Assembly (NCBI GenBank): GCA_002633005.1
Contig: NMRA01000315.1
Span: 280,961 to 344,960 of the forward strand
Source of the DNA: Phoronis australis
Lineage: Eukaryota > Animalia > Phoronida
Length of the DNA: 64,000 nucleotides
Reading direction: 5' to 3'
How positions within the stretch are numbered: position 1 is the first letter of the stretch; each line of letters begins with the position of its first letter. Positions 24,538 to 37,589 of this stretch are shown here, in pieces. Position numbers and translations under genes: made by a program. The notes under the pieces were generated by a model. That model saw only the letters and a list, made by a program, of their open reading frames with translations. It had not been told where the DNA came from and searched no databases.

Positions 24538-27500
24538 CAAAAGAATACTTTACCGTGCTCTTCGCTTTGTATTCAATGATTGTAAAATCGTTGGCCAAAG
24601 ATCAATGGAGAAAGCTACGTTTTCTGCACGTTCGCCAACCTTCGCAATCTTACGATTTACTCAACGGGCTCAAACTGAACATAAGAAATAATCTGCACAA
24701 AACCCGTTTTTCCACTTATACGACCCTGAGCCCCAAAGGGTGGATGTATTCTATGTCGAATATTTTAGAGCACTAACTTTCGTTTGCGGCTATCCTACCA
24801 CTGACTTAGGATCGAGTCGGGAAGGTGAGCGAGAATACTATGAGACCTCAGACTCGGCCATTTTGGTGATGATCAATCAGAGGAACACATACATATCACG
24901 CTTTTGTCCTCCGATCAACAACATCAGATGTGCTTTTGCTAGCGTACAGGGCCATACAATCATTTTGTTATTTTTGAACCAACTCGACAAACAAATACCA
25001 ACCTAGGCAAATGAAGTCATGAATTTTTTGAACGCTACACATAATATTGTATAATTTGTTATATGTCCTTTTCTGTTACTTCCATTTTCTATTATACCTT
25101 CCAGTTCGCCGTCAATTTTTGGAAGTTAGTTAGACCCATTGACTGCGTATTACTTTATTGAACTGATTTTCATCACTTGTGTTATATGCATACATTGTTG
25201 TAAGGGTTGAAATTATATTGTTCAATGTGTTCTTTTTTATCAGCTTGGTAACATTTTCGCTGGACTATCGTAACATTATATTATTTTGTAACCATCGTTT
25301 ATGTTTTGATGATCAATAAAACGACGACTACTTCTACTTCAACATACACGGAACTATTAAGTCACGCAAAATGCTTTTCTCTAGTTATAACGAGATAAAA
25401 CAATCTGTGCATTGAGTTATTCAAGCCCCTCAATGTTATTGGTCCCTTTTGCCTTGGAGACGTCTTCAAGCTTAAGATGAAACAATTATGACGTCAGGAG
25501 CGAGAATTTTCTCATTATTCCAAGCCAAAATACAAGAACTCGCGGTTCCATTTCTTTTTGCTATCAAGGCATTAAGACATGGAATAGTCTCACGAATAAC
25601 GTTAGAATCACCAGTGGGCTAAATACTTTTCAATCGGCTGCTCATGAATTCTTCACAACTTTTTGCCAACGTAACTAACTTGTAGGTTCTAAAGCGACCT
25701 CTTTTGGCTCTGTGATATTAGGGTTACCTTATTGAGGAACGTTAATTCACTGTTAATTAGCAGGAAAACTAGGCTGTTTGAACCAGTAAAAGTGCATATT
25801 TTTTGAAAAGGGAAAGATCAAGGATTATGAAATTACACTTTATACTTACGTGTATAATAACACGTCGTGGCAAGCCAACTGGAAGAGGAACTGGGTTCAA
25901 GCAATAACGGAATGTTTGTTCTTTCAAATCTTCAATTCGTCTACAATTTGGCCAAGGAACAATTGAAGACCAGTTTCAAAAAAGGTAATTGGTCTAAGCT
26001 GAAAACTGTTTTTTTGTGATGAGAGGCGAGTTTATAGTACATAAACACCAGTGTCTCATCAAAGACTGCACGGCTCCGATCTGTTCTGTAAATGACGTAA
26101 AGTAAATTAACAACATTTAATTCCCCCTTCCAATAACGTTACAGCTTTGTCACAATTCACTTTTCCTTTTATTCCATGTTGATATCGCGCTTGTCAACAC
26201 GGACCAACACGGACTACATTATGTATACGTATTTAGTCTCGATTTGGAAACATCTGGATATGAAACCAAAATGGAGTGCTTTCGTTATGGAAATTTGAAT
26301 TTCAGAAAGTGCTTAATAGGGACTTGATGTTTGTTTTTTGTATTCCAGGAATCTCAAAGTTTTTTTGGATGTCATGAATTCTCAGAAAGCCAATTAATTT
26401 CATGTTTAATCATTTCCTTTAACGTACAACTGTCTCAGCAAAATTATGTTATTATACCCATTCCGGACATCATTGTGTATTGTTTATTATGTAACTGACC
26501 ACTGCCTACTCATAGCGAAATCCTATATGTCAGACAACTGTTCAGACTTAATTAATGATTTGAATGAAATCACCGGATATCTCAATTGTTTTGCACTCAC
26601 AACCCACACACGCATTTCTATCCACTATATATATTGTAGTTAGAGTTAATAAACTTTGTGTGTCAGTAGACACTCAACGACAGTGTTAGTTTTTACACTG
26701 CTCTCCATCAACTTGCTGTTGCTTCCTCGTTAGCCAACTATCTATTCGCTGTTCAACCAAGAACCGGGTTACCCAACTATACAACCACATTTTCAACGAC
26801 ACAGAAGGTATATGTAAAATAGGAAAACCAAGTTTAATTAGGCTAAAGAGAAACGGCAAAGTGTTTTTTTCATACTGTGCACTTATGAACATCTTTAGTG
26901 ATGTCTTTGTGTGCTGCACATAAAGGTTGCTTCTTATTAAACAGTTCACTCTACGTTCAAATAGAACAGAATTTCCTCATTATAGCAGTACTTTAACTGA
27001 TCATTTCCTTATCACATCAGTTTCGTTGAACGAAGCTGTAAAACTGGTTTTGTTTGGTGCCATAACTCAAATGTTCTGCTATCTGCAATAAGAATCCGTT
27101 GTGGCAAGTTGCCATGTCTTACACATTGCAAAACAAAACTGTGAACATTTCTAGACAGCCTGTTTACTGATACTTCTTAGACAATCTCAAGTAAGACGGT
27201 CGATAAGCACGTACGTTGAGACAGGAACAGGTGTTGGTGTTTTCTTAAGCCTTGTCTATACTGTACGCATTGTCGTGTACGTAGCAGTGTATAGCATACA
27301 TAGTCACTTGTGAACTGATACTACTACACAGTCAAATGTCGTATTCAACTCAGTGTTAAGAACTGTGCGTTGCTGAATGGAGCATTCTTGGATCGCCTCA
27401 TTGTAAAAGAGGCATCGTTCCAGCATCCACAGACAGTGGTCGCGAGCAAACCGAAATTACTTTCAAGTTCATGATTACATGTATACTATTGACTTCCTTA

Positions 27501-27974
27501 TTTGGAAAGTCACTTGAGTTGACTAGTTTTAGCGCAGCGCATTTACTGTAAATGAATTATATGAGGTCAGTGGGGTTATAAAGCTCTTTAGTGGTCTTTC
27601 AGTTTTTCCATCACGACTCCCAGGTCAGTTATCAGCTAAGGTTAAAAGAGATACCTACACTATTATCGATCAGAGAGCACAATCCTAGCACGTACATTAT
27701 TCGGATTAAAATGATTATAAGCTTGTCTTTTAGCGGGGAATTCGATTTCAGAAGCCAAACAGCTGCGAAGTTCGAAATTTCACCAGATTTACTCCAAGAC
27801 GTTTCAGTTTATTTCAACCAGTGTTTTATTGCTGTGAAGTCATCGCCAACGATGTAGTTGCTTTGTCCCACACAAAAGGACCTTAGTCCTGCTTTTCTGA
27901 TAAACAGGCCTCTTGACAACAGTTGCTCTCGTACAGATCTATTAACGAAGTACATGTTGCCATGAAACGGGCTA

Positions 27975-29092
27975 TGATACTCCGTAAAGTGTATCAATTT
28001 CGGAAAATGTAACGACTGTTACGTTTTACGTCATTGTCACATTTTATGTTGCTAATCCTCCTAAAGTGTAACAAGTTGTTACATTTTACGTCAAATGCAC
28101 ACGTGAGAAATGTACCATTGTTACATTTTACAAATCCAAAGTCAAATTACAATGAAAATTGGATAATAGAAAGTGGGCTCGGACAAAAAAGTGACCCATT
28201 TAGAGACTATTTTGAGTAAAAATTCACATTTTCACACAATTCTGTTCCTGAAATTTGGAAAGGCACCCTTTTAGATAGTATTTTGTCAAAAATGGCACCA
28301 TTTTGGACAGTATTTTTTGCTGTGAAAAAACATTTCAGACGGCACTTTTCGTATACATTTTCTGTAGGAGTGTCGTCCGGGCTGACACGGCATGAATTTG
28401 GCTACCAATTTTCATTTTTGTTAGTATTACATAACTATTGCTACCATTAAAAATATTTCTGGTATTACTACCTTCATTTATATTACTACTAGCACTACTA
28501 TTACTGGTTATCGTTACTCTTATCTTTATCATTATCATTATCAATGTCATTCATATTTTTTAATTTGTTTTACGATGACACAGTGCAATATACACAGTGC
28601 ATGTTTAGCACGGTGCTAATACATCATGGTCCTCAAAGATTTTAAAATCATCTCGTTTATGCTTCAATGTTTTCTCAGGGTTTCACATAATGGACAGCGA
28701 GTGCGATTTCAAAAGGATTTTAAAGGGGTTCCCATGTTCAGCCTTAACGATATTGTGAGAAACGTCTTGACAACTGAGGATGCAGAGTAGGCCTACTTTT
28801 TGAAAATGAGAAGGTTGAGATTTAAGATCTTGTTTAGACGTGCGCCAACTTCAAAAAGTGGTTATTTCTGAACTGTTGGCAAGCACGGTATGAAATATGA
28901 CCTCGCTTTCGTAAAATGGAACAATGGTATATTTCTCTCAAGTGCATTCGACGGAAAGTGTAACAATTGCATAAAAAGTAACAACTTGTTACATTTTAGG
29001 AGAGGCCTAGCAACGTAAAGTGTAACAATGATGTAAAAGGTAACAATTGTTACATTTTACGAAATTGTACAGTTACATTTTACGGCGTATCA
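27975..29092. mobile_element. Foldback-type non-autonomous element with about 160-190-bp TIRs built from TGTTACATTTTAC subrepeats
   Basis: Left TGATACTCCGTAAA...; right ...TTTACGGCGTATCA; the arms are reverse complements. Confidence 0.8.
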
Positions 29093-29325
29093 GCGCCTGG
29101 TTTCTAATGAAAGTATTTCTCTTAATATTTTTACGACACGCTCATATAATTGTCTCCGCCAGGGATCCAAACGCCGGGGTCAATATTTGATTTTGCCATC
29201 ATAGTGTTGAAATTTGTGACAGACGTACGTACATTGTAAATCGATTCCGGCCTCATTGTTCTCCTTGTTTTAAGTTGTTGCTGTGGTTCAATTAATCAAG
29301 AAGTATTATCTACTTTATTGATACT

Positions 29326-29333
29326 TATATAAA
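29326..29333 (+). promoter_or_regulatory. Candidate TATA box of the C-type lectin gene
   Basis: TATATAAA about 110 bp upstream of the ATG at 29440. Confidence 0.45.
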
Positions 29334-29439
29334 TACTTTGTTAATGTACTGTTATTTCGTAAGTTGGGTAACCACTGAATCCACCACGATCTTAGTATCC
29401 AAGTTTGCTCCAATACTATACTCATCTTGGTGAGGAGCA

Positions 29440-29497
29440 ATGAAGATGGTTTCAGGAAAAGCAGTTTTCATATTGGTATCATATCTTCTTTTCAATG
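29440..29497 (+). CDS. C-type lectin gene exon 1, signal peptide (MKMVSGKAVFILVSYLLFN)
   Basis: ATG, hydrophobic core, donor G|GTAAGT in phase 1, in frame with exon 2. Confidence 0.82.
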
Positions 29498-29855
29498 GTA
29501 AGTGCTAAACATGGTATTGCTGAGACTGCGGTACCAATTTTTCTCATTTGCTGATGGAGTTCGGAAAGGAACATTGAAGGAGTGCACGAGAGCAACATAA
29601 AACGAATTACCGTAACAACCAAGTTTCAAAAAAGAAAGAAACACGAGAGGCCTGTCGTTTGGATAATATTAGACTTATATTGATTTAAGGTGATGTTGAA
29701 AGCATGACATTTATGTATAACTGCCTGTATTATGAAATGAAAAATATCGTTAAAGGTTGGCATCTAGTTAGGGACGAGACAAAATACCGCCAATTACTGC
29801 GAATAATAGTAATTATTCTTAATGCAAACTTTTTCCCTATGATTTGATTTTACAG

Positions 29856-30024
29856 CGGACGGTTGCCCCAGTGCATTTTCACTATTTCAAGGGAAGTGCT
29901 ATTACGTCGAGACCGTCAAATTGAGTTGGGAGAATGCCAAAAGTAACTGTGAAACTCTTGGAGGTTTTCTATCTGATGTAGACAGCTCAGATGTGCAGAC
30001 GTTTATCATTTCGCTTGCGAATGA
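29856..30024 (+). CDS. C-type lectin gene exon 2, N-terminal half of a long-form CTLD
   Basis: ttttacag| ADGCPSAFSLFQGKCYYVETVKLSWENAKSNCETLGGFLSDVDSSDVQTFI... |GTAAGT (phase 1 to phase 2). Confidence 0.93.
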
Positions 30025-30792
30025 GTAAGTACTTGACACTACAGAGCTATTTCCGACATATCACTGTTAATGTTACCACCTTGGGCAGTGGATAACCTGA
30101 ATGGCGCCGCCACTGATGTCCCGCAGTCCCTTCTCCACAATTTTCACCAATTCTGTACCGCTCTGTACTGCACTTTGAAATATTTTGTTTTGTTGGCGTT
30201 ACCCTGTCGAGGTGCCGTTCACCTGACGAAGAGCTGCACAGTCTTCTGGTTACCACCCACCTATCGGGTAACCGCCTACCTGCATGTCGGACTGCCGCAC
30301 ACTTATTTGAAGATTTGCGAAAATTCAGAAATGTTTTACTATTGACAATAGCATGGCTGACGTTCTGATGCTCGGATAAGTCCTATTTTCTTGGTAACAC
30401 CTTTGTTTTCAAATGCAACTAAGCCCTTGACAAAATCGTGAAATTTGGCAATAATGTTCGTATGAACGTGGCAAAGACTGACGGCTTCTATCAGACGGAT
30501 CCAACGAACGCTGAGCTTCATATTGCCCATATCTTTCACGTTTGCCTCTATATTTTGGAGCTCCTTGGCGGATTTTCAGGAATTTAGACAAATACATAGG
30601 TTTCTATTTAGGAAACAGACGGGTCTGGCGTAGTTTGTGCCATGTGAAAGTATTTTTTATGACAGTAATACGGTTAATTCGGGAGGGCATTTCAACGGTT
30701 TGCGTTGCTAATTAAACCAACTAGAAGCTAAAGCTTTAAACGCCGTTGTGTTGCTAACAGTATTACATACACGTAACCCACCCTCTTACATT

Positions 30793-31744
30793 CTGGAATC
30801 TCAACAAGTGACATTACTTCAACCGTAAGGTGTTTCACACTAGCCTACACCTGCAACTTCTCAGCTGCGAATCAATTCAAGTACTTGTGTCAGTGTAATG
30901 GGTGTGGTTAACCTCATCTTTACGAGGGATTGTTCAGAAACCCTCTAGACACCACTCCCCTCGCTCCCCTCGACCCACGAACCCTCGACCCAAAACCCCT
31001 CGACCTACGATCCCCTCAACTAACGATCTGTGGCAATAGAGGTACATGTATCTGTGCGCTTTTTACATATTTTATAATCTTATTACGTCGCTGGGTATCT
31101 TTCTCATAAGGCATACATACCGGCGAGTCTGCTCTGGCTGAAGTCTGGTAATTAAAAACAAAAAGTGTCGTGAGAACGCCGCTGGTCTTAAATAACGCAT
31201 TATGAGCGCGCTATAGTTGTCACGGAAATACTTCCACGAACGGCTATCAAAGGCCCAGTTCCAATTTTTATTGTTTGCCTTACACTGTATNCTGGAATCT
31301 CAACATGAGACATTACTTCAACCGTAAGGTGTTTCACACTAGCCTACACCTGAAACTTCTCAGCTGCGAAGCAATTCAAGTACTTTTGTCAGTGTAATGG
31401 GTGAAACCCTCTCGACACCACTCCCCTCGATCCCTTCGACCCACGAACCCTGGACCCAAAACCCCCTCGACCTACGATCCCCTCGACTCACGATCTGTGG
31501 TAATAGAGGTACATGTATCTGTGCGCTTTTTACATATTTTATAATCTTATTACGTCGCTGGGTATCTTTCTCATAAGGCATACATACCGGAGAGTCTGCT
31601 GGTAATTAAAAACAAAAGTGGCGTGAGAACGCCGCTGGTCTTAAATAACGCATTATGAGCGCGCTATCGTGGTCACGGAAATACTTCCACGAGCAGCTAT
31701 CAAAGGCCCAGTTCCAATTTTTATTATTTGCCTTGCACTGCATA
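30793..31744. repeat. Tandem near-duplicate of about 450-500 bp joined at a single N (31291)
   Basis: 30793-31290 and 31292-31744 are collinear, with scattered substitutions and small indels. Confidence 0.9.
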
Positions 31745-32415
31745 CTCGTTTACAATATACTCCATATAACATTAAAATACTTTTTAGTTAACAGTTTGTT
31801 TTTTCAAACTGTATTTGCTGGTGAAATTACAGTTTTGTCGTATCTTCGTATTGTCCACAAAAAGTTGAATCTGCAATTCACTGAAGAGCAGACGAGACGA
31901 TTACATTCTGCCGCGAACGACAATTGCAAGGTTGGTAGCAGTGTCGGATTTAGAGGGGGGCCAACGGGGCCATGGCCCCACTAAAATTCTCCCAGTTTCC
32001 ATTTGGCAGTTCGGGGGTGCGAATGTCCGACGGGAAGAATCCTGGCTAATACTCTCTCCTCCCCCCCCCCCAACACAAAATACTGGATCCGCCCCTGGGT
32101 AGGTCTTTGATTTGATTTGGTCGCGTTGTTTTTCTTTATGTTTTTAGCTTTCAAACTCGCCAAATCGACTGCCTTAATTGCAAAAATACAGGGAAAAGCC
32201 AGCCAAGCTCACTGCCCAACTCATTGGTCCTGCAAATCAGCGCTTGTTCTATGCTCAGATCGAGTCGAGCTAATGTAGACTAGATCTAGGGGGTTTTGGG
32301 TCGTGGGTCGAGAGGGTCGAAGGTCGTGGGTCGTAGGTCGAGGGCGTTGTGGGTAGAGGTGGTCATGGTCGAAGGGGTCAAGGTGTGGGGGTCGAGGGGG
32401 TTTCAGAACAATTCC
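30926..32415. mobile_element. Non-autonomous TIR element with CCCTCGAC subterminal repeats
   Basis: Ends GGGATTGTTCAGAAACCC / GGGTTTCAGAACAATTCC; flanks TACGA/TACAA; lies in intron 2 of the lectin gene. Confidence 0.7.
31939..32097. mobile_element. hAT5-like MITE with 5-bp TSD GGTAG
   Basis: CAGTGTCGGATTTAG ... CTGGATCCGCCCCTG with GGTAG on both flanks. Confidence 0.8.
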
Positions 32416-33396
32416 TACAAGAGTGTAAGAAACCCCTCCAACCACCTGCCTTCCACTTCTCAGTACCCCGCGTATAGATAGTAAACTTATCAGCAAGTTT
32501 TCCCCACTAACCTTCGTCATTCCACAATCATCCTAATTGGTTTCTAAGGCCAACATTAGAAATAGTTCAACGATCTCCACCAACACGCACCAAGACCATT
32601 CTCCTTCACGGAACCTTATCAATTTGCCATGAATCTGCAAATGACAATAAGTTTTGAAGATAATTTGGTTACGCAAGTGATGTTTTTAAAACGTGTTAGT
32701 CGTGAGATTATTTAATAAATGCACGTTGTAGTAGTAGGCAGTAAAAGTACAATTCGCTAATGGGAGGGATTAGATCAGGCAGGCTCAGTTAGAGTGCAGC
32801 TGAAGTTGCTATTTTCTCTTGTTGACGAAGACTATTTTGTGCTTTCTCTGGGTTCTTCTTGTTACTGTTCCTTTTGCTTCAAGTAAAATGTGTAGGCCGG
32901 TTGTCAAAGGAATTGGCAATTCGATTCAAACGTCTAGTTTAAATGTATGTTTTTGGACCAACCAATGTGGGCTAGAAATATCTCGTAGTCAATTTTGAGC
33001 TTAGAGAGGTACCTAGCCCTCATATATGTTTAGGAATGGAAATCACGGGTGTCGTTCACATACAAAAGAGCCTTTGAAATTGATATGCTGGGTAGGTAAA
33101 GGCAGTTGTTTGTGTACTGTGTAGTCATACACCTGTCCTAATTGGCCTGTGTAAGTTAACACGGTTTAACTCATAGTGTATGGTCATGACTGAGAAGAGA
33201 ATTGTTTTGTTACAACCTATGAATTCCGAATAATTCAGCCCTGAATGCGACACCCAATCTTGTACTCTACCGGTTTATACATGTTCATGATGCCGATAAT
33301 TGCAATTCTAAATTGCTCTAGCACATCTCACTGTACGACAGCAAACTAGTGTCTACACCATGCTACATTCTGTATAGTTTCCCTATTATTGTGCAG

Positions 33397-33613
33397 TGAA
33401 AATCTATGGATCGGATATACCGATGAGGCTTTAGACGGAACGTGGTTGGATATCTATGGTACGCCTGCTGCCTTCACTAAATGGAGCTCTGGAGAACCCA
33501 AAAACAGTAACTTCGACAACTGTGCTATGATGAGACAATACTATGGGTACGATTGGCAAGCGAAGAAATGTGGAAATTCATGCCAGTCTGTGTGCCAGTA
33601 TCAATTGCCAAGT
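33397..33613 (+). CDS. C-type lectin gene exon 3, C-terminal half of the CTLD
   Basis: gtgcag| phase 2; ENLWIGYTDEALDGTW...KWSSGEPKNSNFDNCAMM...WQAKKC....SVCQ; donor GTAAGT at 33614. Confidence 0.93.
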
Positions 33614-34510
33614 GTAAGTCATCTTTTGAAGGAGCATGTCCTTATCCTCAGTTTCATTACACGATGTGGATTAGGAGAGCATTCAAAGAAAATTGACAAA
33701 ACTCAAAACGGGAATAAACGCTTGTTGCTGTTGAAAACATATTTTGAATTATAATACTCACCGTTGTGAAGTTGCTTTCACATCGTCTTTTACTGTAATC
33801 AAACTAGTTATTTGTTGGCTTGGAGAGAACGAGTCTTCAAAATTTCACGAGCTTAATTGGTCTGAAGAAATGACGACTTCCCAATTCCTCCGAGCCCAGA
33901 GATCACCAAGTAAGGTACAAGACAAGACCAATTTCACTGCAAACCGTAAGAGGCCGGATTTCAAAACCTATTTTTATACAAAGCACCGGTTCAATGCAGT
34001 GGCGGATCTACGGGCGGGGATTCAGTGGGCTTAAACCTTCCTTGAGTCTGGATCAAAAACTAAATACTAAAAAAACAAAACCTCGCCAACAAAACAAATA
34101 CGACACCGCCAGCGTGTGTAAGCCCCAAATAAACCAACCCGAAAAATTGAGGGAGGGGGGTTCACCCTGAAAATAACATTTTTTTGCATTGTAATTTACT
34201 GTAATCACGAAAAGCAACGCATTTTGAGTTTTCGTGGCTCATCGGCAAGTCGCACGTACGCGCGATTCCGTCGATTTTTCTGATGTAGCCTAGCACTTTA
34301 GATTGACCCACCTCGGAAAAAAGCTGATCTATAGCGGATTTTTTAGGTAACTAGAGTCTTTACTCTAGGAAAAGTTTTAATTGAATTAGGGAAAATACCG
34401 CAACCCTGATATTCAGGCGAATCGACGTGATACGTATTTACCTTATCTTTTATGCCTTGTCAAGCTATTACACTCCACACGTTTGTAACTCGAATTTGAG
34501 TGGTGTAGTA

Positions 34511-36857
34511 CATAGGCGGATTTAGGGGGGGGCCCAGGGGGCCCGGGCCCCCCTCCCCCTTGGCTGCCGCAAAAAAAATAAAACAGCAAGAGCGTAGGGA
34601 AATGTTGAGTTTATTAATTTGCCCCGGTAATTAAAATTATACGGATGAAAAAAGATTTAAATGTGTGCAGATTTAGTGTTGGGGGGGGAGGGCTCAGATC
34701 CAATTTCAAGTGTCAAATTCGGAACACGGCGCATTCGTAACGGAACTACGGCTAAGTGTAGGCTCTCCCGCGATATCCCAGGCGACCGGCAGAGGCGCTG
34801 CACACTACGACTCCGTTTCCGTCGTCTGCTCCACTGTGCAATGGAGAAAATTTACTTCATTTTTTAAAGAAAATGGAACCTGAATGACTATGAAAGCTGC
34901 TGATAAGATGTGAATTTTAATCGAAGCCTAAGTGAATCACTCAGAAACTCATTAATTCTCTCTTTGTAAAACCTTAACTTAAGACGATTTCCAAAGCAAT
35001 CCCGTCATTATTGCCAACACGAAAAACGGATTTGGTCTTTTGAGCATTTGAAGACTATTTTAAATACAACAAATTTGTTAAGAACCGATTACACAAAATA
35101 TAAAACGTGTAATAAGNNNNNNNNNNNNNNNNNNNNNNNNNNNNNNNNNNNNNNNNNNNNNNNNNNNNNNNNNNNNNNNNNNNNNNNNNNNNNNNNNNNN
35201 NNNNNNNNNNNNNTGCTGTGGCGGGCGCTGTGGTCTGGTCGCGAGCGAGCCCGTTTCAAGATACACCCTTCCAAGTTAGGCATGTACAAGGAATGAACCG
35301 GGGAGAGGGGTTTCATATTGACAAGGTGACCGCATTCACGAACAGTGTACAGTACCAGAAATTGCGGGTAGGCTGTACTTTCTGAGCAAAGTCTTGCGGG
35401 ACACGCACGGTGTTCAATAGACCTCCTAAGGAGCACTGGCTCCAACCCCAGCACCGACCGTCTTACTGCCCGCAAGAAGCACCACTGCGTCTTCTTTACT
35501 GGGAATTTCCGCAGACTTTCTGCCGAAATTCCCACCCGATGAAACACCCATGCCCATGCACGTTTACTTGGTGTTACAACTTCGGATTTCAAACGCTTAT
35601 TCCGAAAATTGCAAGAGATGCAAATTGATCCTTGGATACATCGTCTTTGACAAAAGCGCAAGGTTTGAAGCAGTCCATGATAGTTGCGCTTGTAACTCTT
35701 TTGAATGGATTTGACAACCTCAAGGGGCTTAGTGCCAAGCTGTGAAACGAGATACTGAGATTATAGACGCTTATGAGCTCATTGACACAGCACTGAGTTG
35801 ACGAAGTGCACGCGTTGGGAACAAATATCAAAGATGTCTGGGTTGAATGGTTGTAAGACGCGCAAACCATTGGAGCCGATATACATATTCAGCGGCAGTC
35901 CAGACAACACAAGCATAAGGATAACGTTCCTTCAGAAACACTCAGGTAATAAATTATAATTCTACCCAATTTGTACATAATGTCGGTTTTCTGCCATGCT
36001 TTTTTCTTTGATGCTTGCGTACAATGGGAAACAAAATTATTTTCGGACATGCCAAATTTACGCAGTAATGTTCAGGGTCTACGAGCCCGCAGAAACTGAT
36101 TCTAGTTTGTATTTCCACTTGGCTCTTTATCTGCTTCACAATCAAAATCTAATTCACATAGTGTGTAGTTAAATTTACAGTTTATATTTTTTTCTTCCAG
36201 TTAGTACTACAGAAGAACGGTGGAACAACCCTTCCTTGGCAACTTCCCACAGCAGTTGACCTACATATTTTCGAAAGATAACAGGCGGGTGGAAGCTGTC
36301 ACTTCTTGTGCCATTAGTGGTTAGCAGGATGAGGTATGTAGCGTTAGGCTCACTGAGGGATCGGCTGCATTTTTGGGACATAGACTTGCCATCACCATAT
36401 TCCCTGAAGGTGATTGACTCCCTTCTGACTATCGGCATTTTGAGTAACACAATGTGTCTTCTGTTAAATTACCGATTGCCCTATTTAGTAGTAGAAACAT
36501 AAAAAGTATAATTGCTCTAATTTTAGCAGTAACTCCGACGCTGGTGGTACTTATGGAATGCTCAAAGTCGAGAGGAATTCCCAGATAACTTGCGTTCCAC
36601 TCTCAAGCACGTAGACGGCGACATCTTTCCAAACATCAGGGAGCAGTTATTTATAGGATGTCTATCCGCTATTGGATCCTGTGAGGCAGACATCACTTTC
36701 TGAGCTCAGGCATGTAAACACACATTTGATGGCTATCATGTCTGAGGAGAGGCTTGCTGGGTTATCACTGATGGCCCTGCATTTCGAAACAACGAAAAGA
36801 CTAAACACGTCACTGGTCAAGTACGTTATCCATAGCAACCCAAGGCGTGTGTTCTGA
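34511..36857 (+). mobile_element. Decayed hAT transposon (PRKRIR/ZMYM-like transposase relic) spanning an assembly gap
   Basis: Candidate 5' end CATAGGCGGATTTAG at 34511; PTR* (TRW) near 35535; LKGLSAKL..RD..I.DAY...RQ.KHKDNVP at 35720-35940; dimerisation domain IFPNI...SELRHVNTHL...MSEERLAGLSLMALH at 36620-36857. Right TIR not found. Confidence 0.75.
35117..35213. other. Assembly gap (97 N)
   Basis: Run of n. Confidence 1.
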
Positions 36858-37589
36858 AAGTCTGTCTTGTTTGACTGAAAGTGTGCCACGTTTAGTCAAC
36901 GTTGCATAAAATACATGTATGAGCAACAACTGGGGATTAAAAAGTATCTAATGAGCAGTTTTCAATTCAGACTTTTGCATAGTGTACTTTAGGTCTCCCG
37001 ACGGACCAGACCAGCTTATTGGTGTGGCTATTGACTATTAATTTACTTCTGACGAACCGGTCATGTAATATTTTCACTACAGTGTGCTTTGTAAAGCCAT
37101 CTACATGTATTATGCTGCCAGTACTTCTTGGTCTCGTGACAGTTCGAGTGTTTTTTTTTTTAGAGATAATTAGCATAGCGAACTTTTTGTCTCCCGACGG
37201 ACCAGGACAGCTGCTTTGTGTAGATACTGGCTCTCAGTGTACTTCTGGTCCCTTGGCGAACTAGTCTTGTGATACCTTTTTACCACAGTGAAATCCCTAC
37301 TAGTTCTCATAGCACACTTTCACGATACAAATCAAATTGTCATCCTATACATGTAGAGCAATGAATGAAAAATTCATTTTAAATATCAAGTCAAGTGCTT
37401 TACATAAAAATCTGCCTATCGACATTTCGCATACATCTTTAAAAGCCACATTCTGTCAAAAGCAACTGTTGATTTAGGCCATGTACCATTGTGAAACTAT
37501 TCTAACTTATTGATATATTTGGAGTGGAACATAGGCTTGAGCAGAACTAGCAGTCTGTCACGTGATGCTATGCTATAATACCTACAAAA

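Noticed and set aside
35048-35661. ORFs spanning the N run
   Set aside because: Artefacts of the assembly gap.
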